Shown here piece by piece: positions 50,439 to 61,238 of a stretch of DNA of 61,238 nucleotides. Location: NCBI RefSeq assembly GCF_004010195.1, contig NC_057718.1, positions 98,551,184 to 98,612,421 of the forward strand. Reading direction: 5' to 3'. A program made the position numbers and the translations under genes. Source of the DNA: Chiloscyllium plagiosum. Taxonomy: Eukaryota. The notes below the pieces were generated by a model. It saw only the letters and a list, made by a program, of their open reading frames with translations. It did not search any database and was not told the DNA's origin. Positions within the stretch are counted from its first letter, which is position 1, and every line of letters starts with the position of its first letter.

Positions 50439-53334
50439 GATCTAGATTTTACGTTCAAATCTTTGGAGTGGGAATTGAATCTGTAAGCTTGTGACGGAGA
50501 GTGCAGAGTGTGGCCAAATTAACTACTCTGTTATAAAATTGAAGCAGACCAAAAAAAAAAAATTCCCAGAGATCTTCAATGTTTTTTCTCCCCCCCAAAA
50601 AAGGGAGACACTTTTCTCTTTCATCTGAGCAATAACAACTTGTATTTTAATGTAGTAAGATATTCTAAGTCATTGGAGCATTTGTAAAGTTTGACATCAA
50701 GCAAAGGACAATATTAAGCACATGACAAAGTTTGATGTGTTCTCAGGCAAGGCAGCATGAGAGTTTTGTCACAAGGATTCGGGGGATGGCTATGAAGAAA
50801 AATGTTTTACAGAGCTGCAGAGATCCAAGCAAAGATCTTTTAACAAATTTTTGAAGCAGGGCCAGCTATTTAGGGGGAAGACATTTTTATTTATTTCTGT
50901 GACAGCAACCATCACAGCTCACGATCACTTCCAAAAATAAATTTTATGTTTCACGGAGGTACACCCTGAAGACAAGAAATAAGTTTTGTTAACTGATAGA
51001 CACATTCTGACTATTAGAAAATACTTTTAAACAACTGAGAGAAATGCTGCAATGCAACCAATGGACAAAATATGTATTGTGATTGTTGCATCTTGGCAAA
51101 TTACAACTGGCATCCTTCTCATGACCCACAAATTGGAACTTTTATTTCAAACCAATTATTCCATTTTTACATTGCAACATGCATTAAAAAAAGACTTTCA
51201 ATCGTGAAAAAGATTTTTAAAAATTACGGTTTTTTTAAGAAAGGTGATCCTGGGTATATAACAACTACATACAGGTCTATGCCAGCATTCATACTTCATG
51301 ACCACTTCTTTCTACTCTTCTTCACCTAACCACATCAGCATACTTCTCTATGCCCTTCTGCCTCAAATTTTTAATCAAGCTTCCCATTAAGTATTATTTA
51401 TAGTATTGGTCTTAATTATTCTCATGTTAACAAGCTCTACACTCTTACAAGTATTTGAATAGAAAATGTGCTTGGATTTGTTAATGACTATCTTAATTAT
51501 GATCTCTCATTTTGGACACACGCAGTAGTGGAAAACTTCATCTACCCTGACAAAAAACATACGTTCTTTATTGGAATACCCTCAGCCTTTTATCTTTTTT
51601 CTAGCCTCTTCAGCTTTTAGGTAAGTAAACCTTCTCAGTTCTGGTAATATTCTTGTGAATTTTTGTTTTTGCATCTTCTCCACTTTTTCTACAATGCAAA
51701 TAAAAAGGAAGGTCAATCAGGATCAGCAGGGAATATTCTTCCATGAATGGAATCATACCTTGCACAAAGGAGCTGGGTATTATTATGAAAATGTCTAAAA
51801 CTCAATTTGTATGATTTAACTAAAAATTTTAGTATAGGTACAGATTGTTAAATTTAAAATAAATGATAATCCCTGGTGAGAAACTGCTAAACAGACCTCA
51901 AGTAATTGTCATTCAACAGGAAGTTCATGTTATTTAATAAGGTCAAAGTTGGAAGTGGGAGAATACTAAATAGTGTATGGAGACAAGATGGCTACAGTCA
52001 TCTTCATAAAAGGTGTAAATTATTCATATGGTTCATAGAACTAGAGGAAGATTTGGAAAGTGTAAACAATTAGTTTGAATGTCAATGTGGGACATTTCAG
52101 GCATAACACATTGTTGTTCAGATGTATTCCTGAGAGGTTATTTTTTTGGTTTGGTTTTAACTGTGCAATTGTTCACAGAAGCAGTCAGTTAGATCCTGGC
52201 AACAGCATCAAGAGACAGAAAAAATTGCAAGGAGCTGTAGAGCAGAAACTAAGGACTATCAGAAGCCAGTGTGTTTTCTCATATTGGAATCTTAGTTAAA
52301 AAAAAATCAATGAAACATATACATGAGCTTAGGGTTAGCAGTCATGAAGGAGAATTGGAAAGTCATTTAAATAGATAGTCACAGAGAGACTGAGAAATTT
52401 CATAACTGGTGAACGGCTGAAAAATATTAGTGAATTCCTGAGAGCTGTAGCATACATTGGTTTAGTCCTGAGAAGTGAAGCAACCCCAAGATCCTATAAA
52501 ATATAAAACAAAAACCTAAATGTGGGGATACTACTGTAGAAATAACAGCAAAATGGGGATATCCTGTTGAGATTTTTAGTTTTAAAAATGAAATCTTACC
52601 AAATAAAGTGCTATTATACTTGCTTTAACTCTTCTACAGTCAAAGGTTTTATGTTTAATATGTGAAACTTTCCAATGTAATTCTCTGAGCTATGAACTGG
52701 AAGTTAGAGTTTCTTAAAATTTACTGGTTTCCCTCAAGATCATAACGTCATTAAAACCAATCATCTCAGCCTGGGACATAATTACAAGAATTCCTCTCAG
52801 CTACAGTCCAGGTCCAAGTACCTTCAGCTTCTTCATCAATAACTTTCCTTCAAGGTCAGAACTGGTACGGCATTTAAAGTCATGACTCACTGGGGTAGTG
52901 TACTGGAAATTAAGCCGCACAAGTGTGAACTTTTGATTAAAATACTAAATCGCCTAAATTTCTTATTTACCTCAGGTGAGATTAAGTAAACCATATTTTA
53001 TGATTAACAAGAAAATCACTTTGTTGTCATTAATTTTTTTAATGAATGGCAGAAATAAACATGACTAATTAAAATATATAATTTAAACTTTAACTATTTT
53101 TAAAATTCCCATACAAATACAAGCAAACACATGGAGACAAGCATTATGGGATGGAACGAAAAGAAAGGCAGACATAGCCAGGTCTACCAGCACTTGGGAT
53201 CACAAATTAATGATTTGTTTTCTTTCAGTTCATTTCGCCTGCCTTCGATTCTGATGAGAACACAAGGTTGTGGGTAGGCAAAAATCTCAGTTTTTCACTT
53301 ACTTGTTAAGGTTTTGCTCTGACTGAAGGTGACA

Positions 53335-53965
53335 TTTCGTGGCTGATCATCTGACTCAACAGCCTGTTCCAGCTTTTCCCCTGTATCCTTTGATCCTTTT
53401 AGATCTACGTGCAATATCTAACTCCTTCGTGAAACCATAGAATGTTTTGACTGCAACTGCTTTCAGTGGTACCAAAGTATACAGGCCCACCACTCTCTGG
53501 GTAAAGTAGTTTCTTCTCATCTCAGCCACAGCTGGAATACTGTATACAATTTGGTTACCTTACTATGTGAAGGATATGATTGCACTGGAGGGGGTGGACA
53601 GGAAATTCACCAAGATGTTATCGGGAATAGAACATTTTAGTTAAGAAGAGAGACTGGATTGCCTCAGGTTTTTTATAAAAAAAAAGAAAGCATATAGAAG
53701 GCTGAGGGAAATCCTTACTGAGGTGTATAAGATGGTGAGGCACATGGGCAGCGTAGAGAGGAATTTAAGAAGGGATTTTTACCTAAGGCGTGATGGGAAT
53801 CTAGAATACACTGCCTGGGACAGTATTAGAGGCAGAAAACCTCTCAACCTCTAAAAAGATACATGGACAAGCACTTGAAACATAATAACATTCAAGCCTA
53901 TGAGCCAAGAGCTGTTAGCATATACTCAATGGGCCAAACAGCCTCTGTATGGTATGACACTCTGA
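53335..53965. mobile_element. Two back-to-back CR1 3' fragments (- 53335-53530, + 53535-53965)
   Basis: CR1 3'UTR motifs on opposite strands. Confidence 0.65.
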
Positions 53966-55380
53966 TTCCAATAGCTCCAGTCACAATTCATCAGATAGTC
54001 CAAAAAGCAACAAGGAGAGTCAGAAGCTGGGTATACTGTTAGAAATGGGTCACTTTCCAACCTCTAGAAGGCACATCAAGGACTGTGAGAAAATATTATC
54101 CACATACTTAGTTGGGTACAACTCAAAGTTTGACACATTCAAGATTTCCTTTTTAAATGACATCTCATCATTGACAAATGTCCATTCTCTTTGCACTCTG
54201 TACATTGCTACAGTGTATCCTTTCCAAACGATGCACCACACGATTCACCCCCATCAGCAATGCCCTTCACCCATGAAGACAAAGGCAGCAGGTGCAAGAG
54301 AACACCAAAACCTCCAATTCACACACACCTCAACCGAACAAATACTGTCATTCTTCTGCATGACAATCATGGGACTTCCTCACGAACCACATTGCTGGAG
54401 CACTTTCACAGCATTGCCTGTAGTGGTTCCAGCAGTTCAACCATCAACACAATGTTATTCAAGATTGATGATAATGTCAGTCTTGCCAGTGAGATTCGCA
54501 TAGAGATATGGGAAAAAAGATCACTTACCTGTCAGCCTTAGAAACCAAGAGATTCTTGTATAATATTTAACAGATGATAATAATCATGCCTTTTCTTATT
54601 GCTGAGCAACATCCACATGTACAGATATTTTAGCAGAGATTATCTAAGGATTATACAGAGTGGGATCATGCCCAATTTTTTACTTTCTCAACTATTAGGA
54701 CATAACCAGCCATTTTATTAGTGAGATCATCTTCACTGCTACAGCTCAATTGCTTCTTCTTTCTTCCTAATGAGACAATAGCACTATGTTCCTCTGGGAC
54801 TATGGCGACTTTTCTTTAGCACAGGTACTCACTGGATCAAACCTCACACGAGTGTATGAATTTTGATGGATTAGTCAAGATGCCATGACAGGTTAAAAAT
54901 ATTTAAAATATTTAAAAATGGATCCATCTTTACATAGTTCCAATTTTACGCATGATGAATTATTTATTTATTTTTCCAAATGTTCATTAGAAAATGTGCC
55001 ATTCAGATCTCTTAATATTACGGTTACATGCAATTAAATAAAACATGTTCACAACTTGTAAAGGTTAGCTCCTCCATTAATTATATCAACTGATGATTTC
55101 ACAGTGCATTAAGTCAGTTTGTATGATATAGGGATTTTTTTTTCATTAATTCAGGTGATGGGAGCATTGCTGGCTCAGCCAGCCTTTATTGGCCATCTCT
55201 AATTGATATTGAAAGGTGCAGTGGACTGCCTTGTTGAACTGCTGCAGTCCATGTTGTGTAGGTACAGCCACAATGGGAGGGAGTTCCAATTCTTTATTCA
55301 CTGAAAGCTATTTCAAATGTTTACATTGTTCAATTTGGCATTTGTTGTTCAACGTATGGTACACTGTTACTTCAGGAACA

Positions 55381-55509
55381 CCTAGGAGAAAGTGAGGACT
55401 GCAGATGCTAGAGATCAGAACTGAAAATGTGTTGCTGGAAAAGCGCAGGTCAAGCAGCATCCAAGGAGCAGGAGAATCAACGTTTCGGGCATAAACCCTT
55501 CTTCAGGAA
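55381..55509 (-). mobile_element. Penelope remnant with 11-bp TSD, ending in a hammerhead
   Basis: TSD cttcaggaaca at 55370-55380 and 55501-55511; same family as 14841-15060. Confidence 0.85.
55474..55509 (-). ncRNA. Minimal type-I hammerhead ribozyme motif (intact core)
   Basis: UUC CUGAAGA A GGGU UUAU GCCC GAAA CG UU GAUUC. Confidence 0.7.
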
Positions 55510-55511
55510 CA

Positions 55512-57345
55512 TCGCCAGGCATATCCAAAAATGGGATGCGAATCTGGTGAAGCAACAAGTAACAGGCAGGGCAAAGTGATTTCAAAATGAACAGATCAGA
55601 TCTAATCTCTATAGCCTTGCATGGTGGTAGAAAATTAATGAACAGGACAGGGGAGGCTCCATAAATATCCCCATTCTCAATGATGGTGGAACCAGTACAT
55701 TAGGGCAAAAGATAAGGCTGAAGTATTTACAATTTTTAGTCTGACGTATTGAGTGATTTATCCATCTCTGCTTCCTCCAGAGGTCCACAGCACCATAGAT
55801 GCTAGTCTTCATAAAATTCTCCACGTGAGATCAAGAAACAGTCAAAAGAACTGGATACCTCAAAGTCTATTGGCCCTGATAATATTCCAGCAATAGTAAT
55901 AAATATTTGTGCTTCATTACTTGCAGTGCCCCCAGCCAAGCTTTTCCAGTGCAGCTCCAATATTAGAATCTCCATGACAATATGCCAAATTGCTCAGGTA
56001 TGGCCTGAACATCAAAGCAAGTCAAATCCAACCTAGTCAATTACCATCCTGTTAGTTTACTCTTGATCAGAAAAGAAATGGAAGGGGTCATCAACAGTAC
56101 AATCAAGTAGCACTTGCTGGGCAGTAACCTGCTTGCTGACACTCAATTTGCATTCCACGCAAGCCAATCAACCTCTGACCTCATTACAACCTAAACTCAA
56201 AACAGCTGAATTCCAGAGGGGACATGCATCTAACTGCCTTTGATATTAAGGCCAGGGTGACGAAGTGTGAGATCAGAGAGCCTGAGCAAAAGTCGATGGG
56301 AATCAGGAGGAAAATGCTTAGCTGGCTGGAGTCATAGTTAGCATAAAGATAATTGTGGTTATAGGCAGTCAGTTTAGTTCCAGGACATCTCTGCAGAGGT
56401 TCCTCAAGGTAGTGTCCCAGGCTCATTTATCTTTGGCTGTTTCAGAAATCATCTTTCTTCTCTGAAAAGGTAAGTAGTAGAGATTTTTGCTGGGGAGTAC
56501 ACAAGGTTCAGCACAATTTGTAACTCCTCAGCTACTGAAGCAGTCAAAATCCAAATGCAGTAAGACCCGATAATACCTAGGTTTTTGCTGACAAATGGAG
56601 AGTAACATTTGTATCACACAGGTGCCAAGCAATAAGCATCTCCAATAAGAGAAAGCCTAACCAATTCAATGACATTATCAGCACACAGTCCCCCACTATC
56701 AACATCCTGGCAGTCAGCATTGACTAGAAACTGAATTCGACTAGCCTTATAAATGTAATGAAGACAACAGCAGGTCAGAAGCTAGGAACATTATACCGAG
56801 TAACTCACCTGCTGACACCCAGAGCTTGTCCACCACCTACAAGGCACGAGTCAAGAGCATGATGGAATATTTCCCCTTGCCTGGATGAATGCATTCCAAC
56901 AACACTCAAGAAGCCTGACACCATCCAGGGCAAAGAAGCCTGCCAGACCAACACCACATCCACAAACATTCACTACCTCCATTATTGACACATAATACCA
57001 AGTGTGTACCATCTAAAAGATGCAGAAATTTACCAAGGCTCTTTAGACAGCATCTTCCAAACTCATGACCACTACCATCTAGAGAGACACTGATAATAAA
57101 TGCATGCAACACCACACCTGAAAATTCATTTCCAAGCTACAACCCAACCTGACTTGGATCAATACTGCTGTTCCTTTCTGGGTGAAATTCCTGGAAGTCC
57201 CTCCCTGACAGGATTAGTGGGGATAGCTGCACCAAATGGACTAACTGTTTAAGAAAACAGCTCAGCGCCATCTTCTCAAGGACAGCTAAGGATTACCAAT
57301 AAACACAGGTCTTGTCAGTGACGCCCACATCCAAGAATTAATTTG
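55512..57345 (+). mobile_element. Old CR1/L2-clade LINE ORF2 and tail (other pieces at 44490-44705, 47830-48660, 49580-50157, 55135-55300)
   Basis: Decayed GPD.IP, NY.P.SLL, ALDI, VPQGSV motifs (gaggttcctcaaggtagtgtc). Confidence 0.8.
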
Positions 57346-57499
57346 GAAACCTAAACTCCCATTCTATCTCAGATTGTGTAAGAGGATTAAAAATCTGGGA
57401 GAGATACTGACTGTCAATGAAATCCACCTGGCCCTCATTCCAATGAGCTCCTTTATTAGGGTTGTTAACCTAGGCCAATCCCAGCTGACAGATGTAAAA

Positions 57500-57938
57500 A
57501 ATAGAACATTACAGCGCAGTACAGACCCTTTGGCCCGCAATGTTGTCCCAACCTGTGAAACCAATCTGAAGCCCATCTAACCTAAACTATTCTATTATCA
57601 TCCATATGTTTATCCAATGACCACTTAAATGCCCTTGACGTTGACAAGTCTACTATCGTTGCAGGCAGGCGTTCCATGCCCTTACTACTGAGTAAAGAAC
57701 CTACCTCGACATCTGTCTCCTCTCAATTTAAAGCTTTGTCTCTTCATGTTAGCCATCACCATCCAAAGATAAAGGCTCTCACTGTTCACCCTATCTAATC
57801 CTCTGATCATCTTGTATGTCTGTATTAAGTCACCTCTCAAACTTCTTTTAACGAAAACAGTTAGAAGTCCCTCAGTCTTTCCTCATAAGACCTTCCCTCC
57901 ATACCAGGCAACATCCTGGAAAATCTCCTCTGCACTCT
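57500..57938 (-). mobile_element. CR1 3' fragment
   Basis: Matches 30995-31280; tail aatagaacattacagcgc. Confidence 0.8.
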
Positions 57939-57940
57939 TA

Positions 57941-58054
57941 AATGATCAGGAGATTCAAAGAGTCAGAGAGCTGAATGGTCAGAGCCCATGTATTGTGCAC
58001 ATGTAAATAAAGAGTGACTTGGTGAAGGGATAGCAGTCTCTGTGTAGTTATTTC
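57941..58054 (+). mobile_element. Possible LTR 3' fragment
   Basis: AATAAA followed ~45 bp later by ...gttatttCA, directly abutting a truncated CR1. Confidence 0.4.
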
Positions 58055-59723
58055 AGAGGCATGTTTGTTTTTTTCCTCTTTAAAGGATACACATGGAAAT
58101 GGTCTAACTTTGAGCTTCAAGAGTGTGTGGGCACTGTAGGTGTCACAGTTTTGAAAAAAACAGACATTACCTGCACAACAGGTAATGAAAGATAAATTCT
58201 GCCCCAATCCAAGTGCTACCAGCCAGCACAATTTTAAACAGGAACTAGGACAATTTTAATCAACCTGAAAAGCTAAAAACCTTGAAAACAAATGGTCCAA
58301 TTACCAACACTGATACTAGCAGTAACATTCATTGCAATGTTCTACTGGGCAGTCTTCATGAATGTCTCAGACTAACTTTTTTTGGATTCATTTCTTATTC
58401 CTGTGTATACACTGCATTGTTATTTCTTCTCAATTAATAAACTCACTCATCTATTAACTCAAGAAAGCAGTTTAAATTGGCTCCTTCTAAAACATACATT
58501 AATTTGTATCTACAAATATAGATAGATATCTACAAGAGAGTGGCTCCTTTGTAAATTAACCGTGTTGTAACCAACTAGCAGGGGCAAGTGAATAAAGGGG
58601 AGCCAGTTCATCTTTCCTTGCTCATGCACTCAATTTGGGGCATCCCATCCAAATGTATAATGACTTGAAGAACATCAGCCAGAACAGATTTGGACAGATA
58701 AAACCAATTTGCAACTGACAAAATTCAAAACATGAATGACAATCTTATGTATTTTGAGTTGTAAATATGTGTAATATATCCCACTATTCAAGACGCAAAT
58801 ATGGCCAATTCTGCAATAAGAGTACTGTATTTTAAAAGTGACCAAATTAGAGTTCTGTTAAAAATAAAATGCTATTAACTACAGATGGAAATACCAAAAT
58901 AAGATAAATTGTTTTGTACTTAGAACAAAAGCAAGAAACAGATATAGATAAACCCATCAACACAGATCTTTGCCAGAAACCGTAAGAAATGACATCTTTT
59001 ACAAGTCAGGTTCTTCAAAGATAACTCTCCAAATTTTTAAAGATACGTATTTCCCAATCTGTGAGGAAAACTTTCATAAACGGGCGTACGTGTCACCCTT
59101 CCCTGCAATGTTGACATAAACAAAACTTTTTTTTCCCCCACTTCAAAGCCTTGAACTTCAGCATTGTAGTACAGAATATGATGGACAAAGCTGGAGGGTA
59201 ACTGGATGAAGCGTATGCCAAAGAAAGGCAAACCCAGGATTCAAACGGTCATTCATTCAAGTGGAAGAACGAACGAGCCAGCAAACGTGTGACAACACTG
59301 ACATGACAAGGGGAAGGAGAGGAAGAGAGCGCCTTTTGTTTGTGATGGTACTCGGGGGGAGGGGGGGGGCGAACCCAAAGTGTCATTTAAATTGTAAGGG
59401 GAAAACAAAACTGACATTTCCTGCGAAGGAAAACGCTGGTTTCGAGAGGGTCGTGGGTTCTCCCCAACATTGCACCTGTTCCCAACCAGACAGGCAGATC
59501 CAAAGAAGGGGCATTATCCCGCTGGGGGGGTAATTTCAGCACCGCGCTCTTTGTCTGCGAGGGTGAGGAGGAAAGTTAATATCGCTGCCCGCTCTCAGAA
59601 TAAAACAAAGCTGCTGTCAGGCTGCGCTTGAACCGTTCCCTCACCACCAACCGTCAGATCGAAGCATCATCGACAAGATGTCACTGACATTTGCCTCATC
59701 CCCAATGTGAGAATCAAACGTAC

Positions 59724-59900
59724 CTCGTCCGAGCGTTCATCGATTACAGCTGTAAAAGGATAAAGACGTGTCTGCCTCTCCGCGGTGACGATGCCCGGCT
59801 TCCCTCCAAACCCCTCGCCCCGCCGTTACTCCACCGGCGACGCCATGTTTTTTTCCCCCATCCACAGCCGGCGGAGCGGCGGCCACATCCGGGCAGCGGG
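59724..59900 (-). other. Candidate first exon of an unidentified minus-strand gene (start site approximate)
   Basis: Donor GAG|GTACGT at 59724/59723 inside the CpG island; YY1/AUG motif oriented on minus. Confidence 0.65.
59826..59846 (-). CDS. Candidate upstream ORF MASPVE*
   Basis: AAAC ATG GCG TCG CCG GTG GAG TAA in strong Kozak context; in-frame AUG 15 nt upstream. Confidence 0.45.
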   Translation of the reverse strand: MASPVE

Positions 59901-60099
59901 AAGGGCGGGGCCAGGGCCCGGGAGGGTGGGGAATAGACACGCGGAGGGCGGGGCGATCCGTTCGAAGGGCGGGCTCGCCCTCTTGACGGGATTGGGATTG
60001 GGATGGGGAGGGGGCGGGCGGATGGAAAATCCGTGGGTGGCAGCCGTCAGCGCGTGGGGGGCGGGGCGGGGTAACAGGCGGGAGGCGTCCCATGCGCAA

Positions 60100-60350
60100 T
60101 GTGGGAGAGGCACGTGGAGGGAGGGTCCATGAGCGCGAGGTGGGACAGGCACGTGGAGGGAGGGTCCATGAGCGCGAGGTGGGACAGGCACGTGGAGGGA
60201 GGGTCCATGAGCGCGAGGTAGGAGAAGCACGTGGAGGGAGGGTCCATGAGCGCGAGGTGGGACAGGCACGTGGAGGCAAGGTGCATGTGCGCGTGGTAGG
60301 AGAAGCACGTGGAGGGAGCCGTCTTCGCGAGGTGAAGCAGGCACGTTGAG
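60100..60350. repeat. 39-bp minisatellite, ~6.5 units, one CACGTG E-box per unit
   Basis: Unit gcacgtggagggagggtccatgagcgcgaggtgggacag; CACGTG at 60111, 60150, 60189, 60228, 60267, 60306. Confidence 0.95.
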
Positions 60351-61067
60351 GGCGGGGCCGTCTGCGAGCCGGGGGGGTCACGTGGCCACAACGTCAGGCG
60401 GAGAGAGACACGAGAAAGTTTGGACCCTGAGGGAGTCTGGCGCCATCCGGTTGATAGATGGGGAGGTAGGCGGCGATAGTCGGCAGGATTACGGTGGGCG
60501 GGAAGGTGAGGCACGTGGTGCGGGGCGGGTCGGAGTCTGGTGGGCGGGGCGAGTTGTGCGCCGGGTCAAGTGTGAAGGGTGTGGGCCCTTGGATTGGTAC
60601 ATCGGGCGCGGTGGGCGGGGCCTGTGTGCAATTGGGCGGTCCATATGGTGTGGGGGCGTGGCTGACTGTCGTGGAATGGGCGGTGTCAGAATTGAGAGAA
60701 TGTTTCCCGGGAGCTGCAATGGGCACGTGGCTCAGTCAGATGGTGCATGGCGCCTTCTAGCAACGTCTCAGAGACACAGAGAACCTAGGGATTTTGAAGC
60801 TCCAGTCATCCTTGCGGGCGTGAAGACGATCTTCATCAATTCTTGTTAGGTTGCAAAGTGTTTCTTGTGCAACTAATTTCCTTACATGATCATAATGTAA
60901 ACTCATAATCAGCTCTTAATCATTCAGACACTTCCCAAATTTGGCAGTGTTGATAGTTTGAAATGCATTTTCCATGTATTGCAATTTACGCTGATGGGGT
61001 AGACATTGTTACAAACACTAGGAACACTGAGATGGTAGGTCTTACTTCTTCAAGAAACTGAGCTGTT

Positions 61068-61238
61068 CTTCCCTCCCCACCCTTTCAGTGTTCTGCAGAG
61101 ATTCCCACCCTACCCCTTTCAGCATTCCGCAGAGACACCACAGATAAATTTCCCTCTCTACCCCTTTCAGCATTCTGTAGAAAGGACCTCACCACCAGAG
61201 ATATATTTCCCACCCCACCCCTTTCAGCATCTACCCCA
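61068..61238 (+). repeat. Imperfect tandem repeat derived from Penelope coding sequence
   Basis: Four copies of ttccc.c.c.accc(c)tttcag..ttc; caccaccagagatatatttccc matches the reverse complement of 28797-28818. Confidence 0.75.

Larger units (their letters stand above)
59400..60830. promoter_or_regulatory. CpG-island promoter
   Basis: Sharp rise in GC and CpG against a CpG-depleted background; GC boxes, ATTGG/CCAAT boxes, YY1 motif CGCCATGTT (59841-59849), nine CACGTG. Confidence 0.9.

Noticed and set aside
54045..54541. 152-aa and 116-aa plus-strand ORFs
   Set aside because: Overlap decayed LINE 3' sequence similar to 56900-57340; no domain or splice support
54521..54645. Perfect minus-strand donor CAG|GTAAGT at 54529 as an extra exon
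   Set aside because: Acceptor ambiguous (8-nt or ~115-nt exon); one consensus match in 60 kb is expected by chance; needs RNA-seq
60100..60350. CRISPR-like regular repeats
   Set aside because: Units are contiguous with no unique spacers, no cas genes, vertebrate context
59737..60514. Long Pro/Arg-rich ORFs with 13-aa repeats
   Set aside because: By-product of GC-rich sequence and the stop-free 39-bp minisatellite; open in several frames on both strands

Overview
Vertebrate, repeat-dense DNA. An HE1-type V-SINE, Deu-domain SINE relics and abundant CR1 LINEs point to a cartilaginous fish (inference). No intact protein-coding exon is recognisable. The window reads as the promoter and very long 5' introns of an unidentified minus-strand gene: a CpG island at ~59.4-60.8 kb containing a 39-bp E-box minisatellite, a first exon ending at a GAG|GTACGT donor (59724), and a candidate AUG-dense second exon at 26004-25784. 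The main signal is more than 15 Penelope-like element (PLE) insertions from several families. They range from a 2.3-kb RT + GIY-YIG copy to ~100-250-bp fold-back remnants with 11-16-bp target-site duplications (TSDs). Their ends carry minimal type-I hammerhead ribozyme motifs (CUGAnGA-stem II-GAAA-palindromic stem III-UH). Five cores look intact, four of them on the presumed host sense strand. Hammerheads in PLEs are established; their density, fold-back arrangement and strand bias here are the points worth checking. Other structure: a 1.5-kb inversion with a ~290-bp inverted breakpoint duplication, a nested four-motif palindrome, a putative solo LTR and a PLE-derived minisatellite. Repeat boundaries were read by eye and are approximate.
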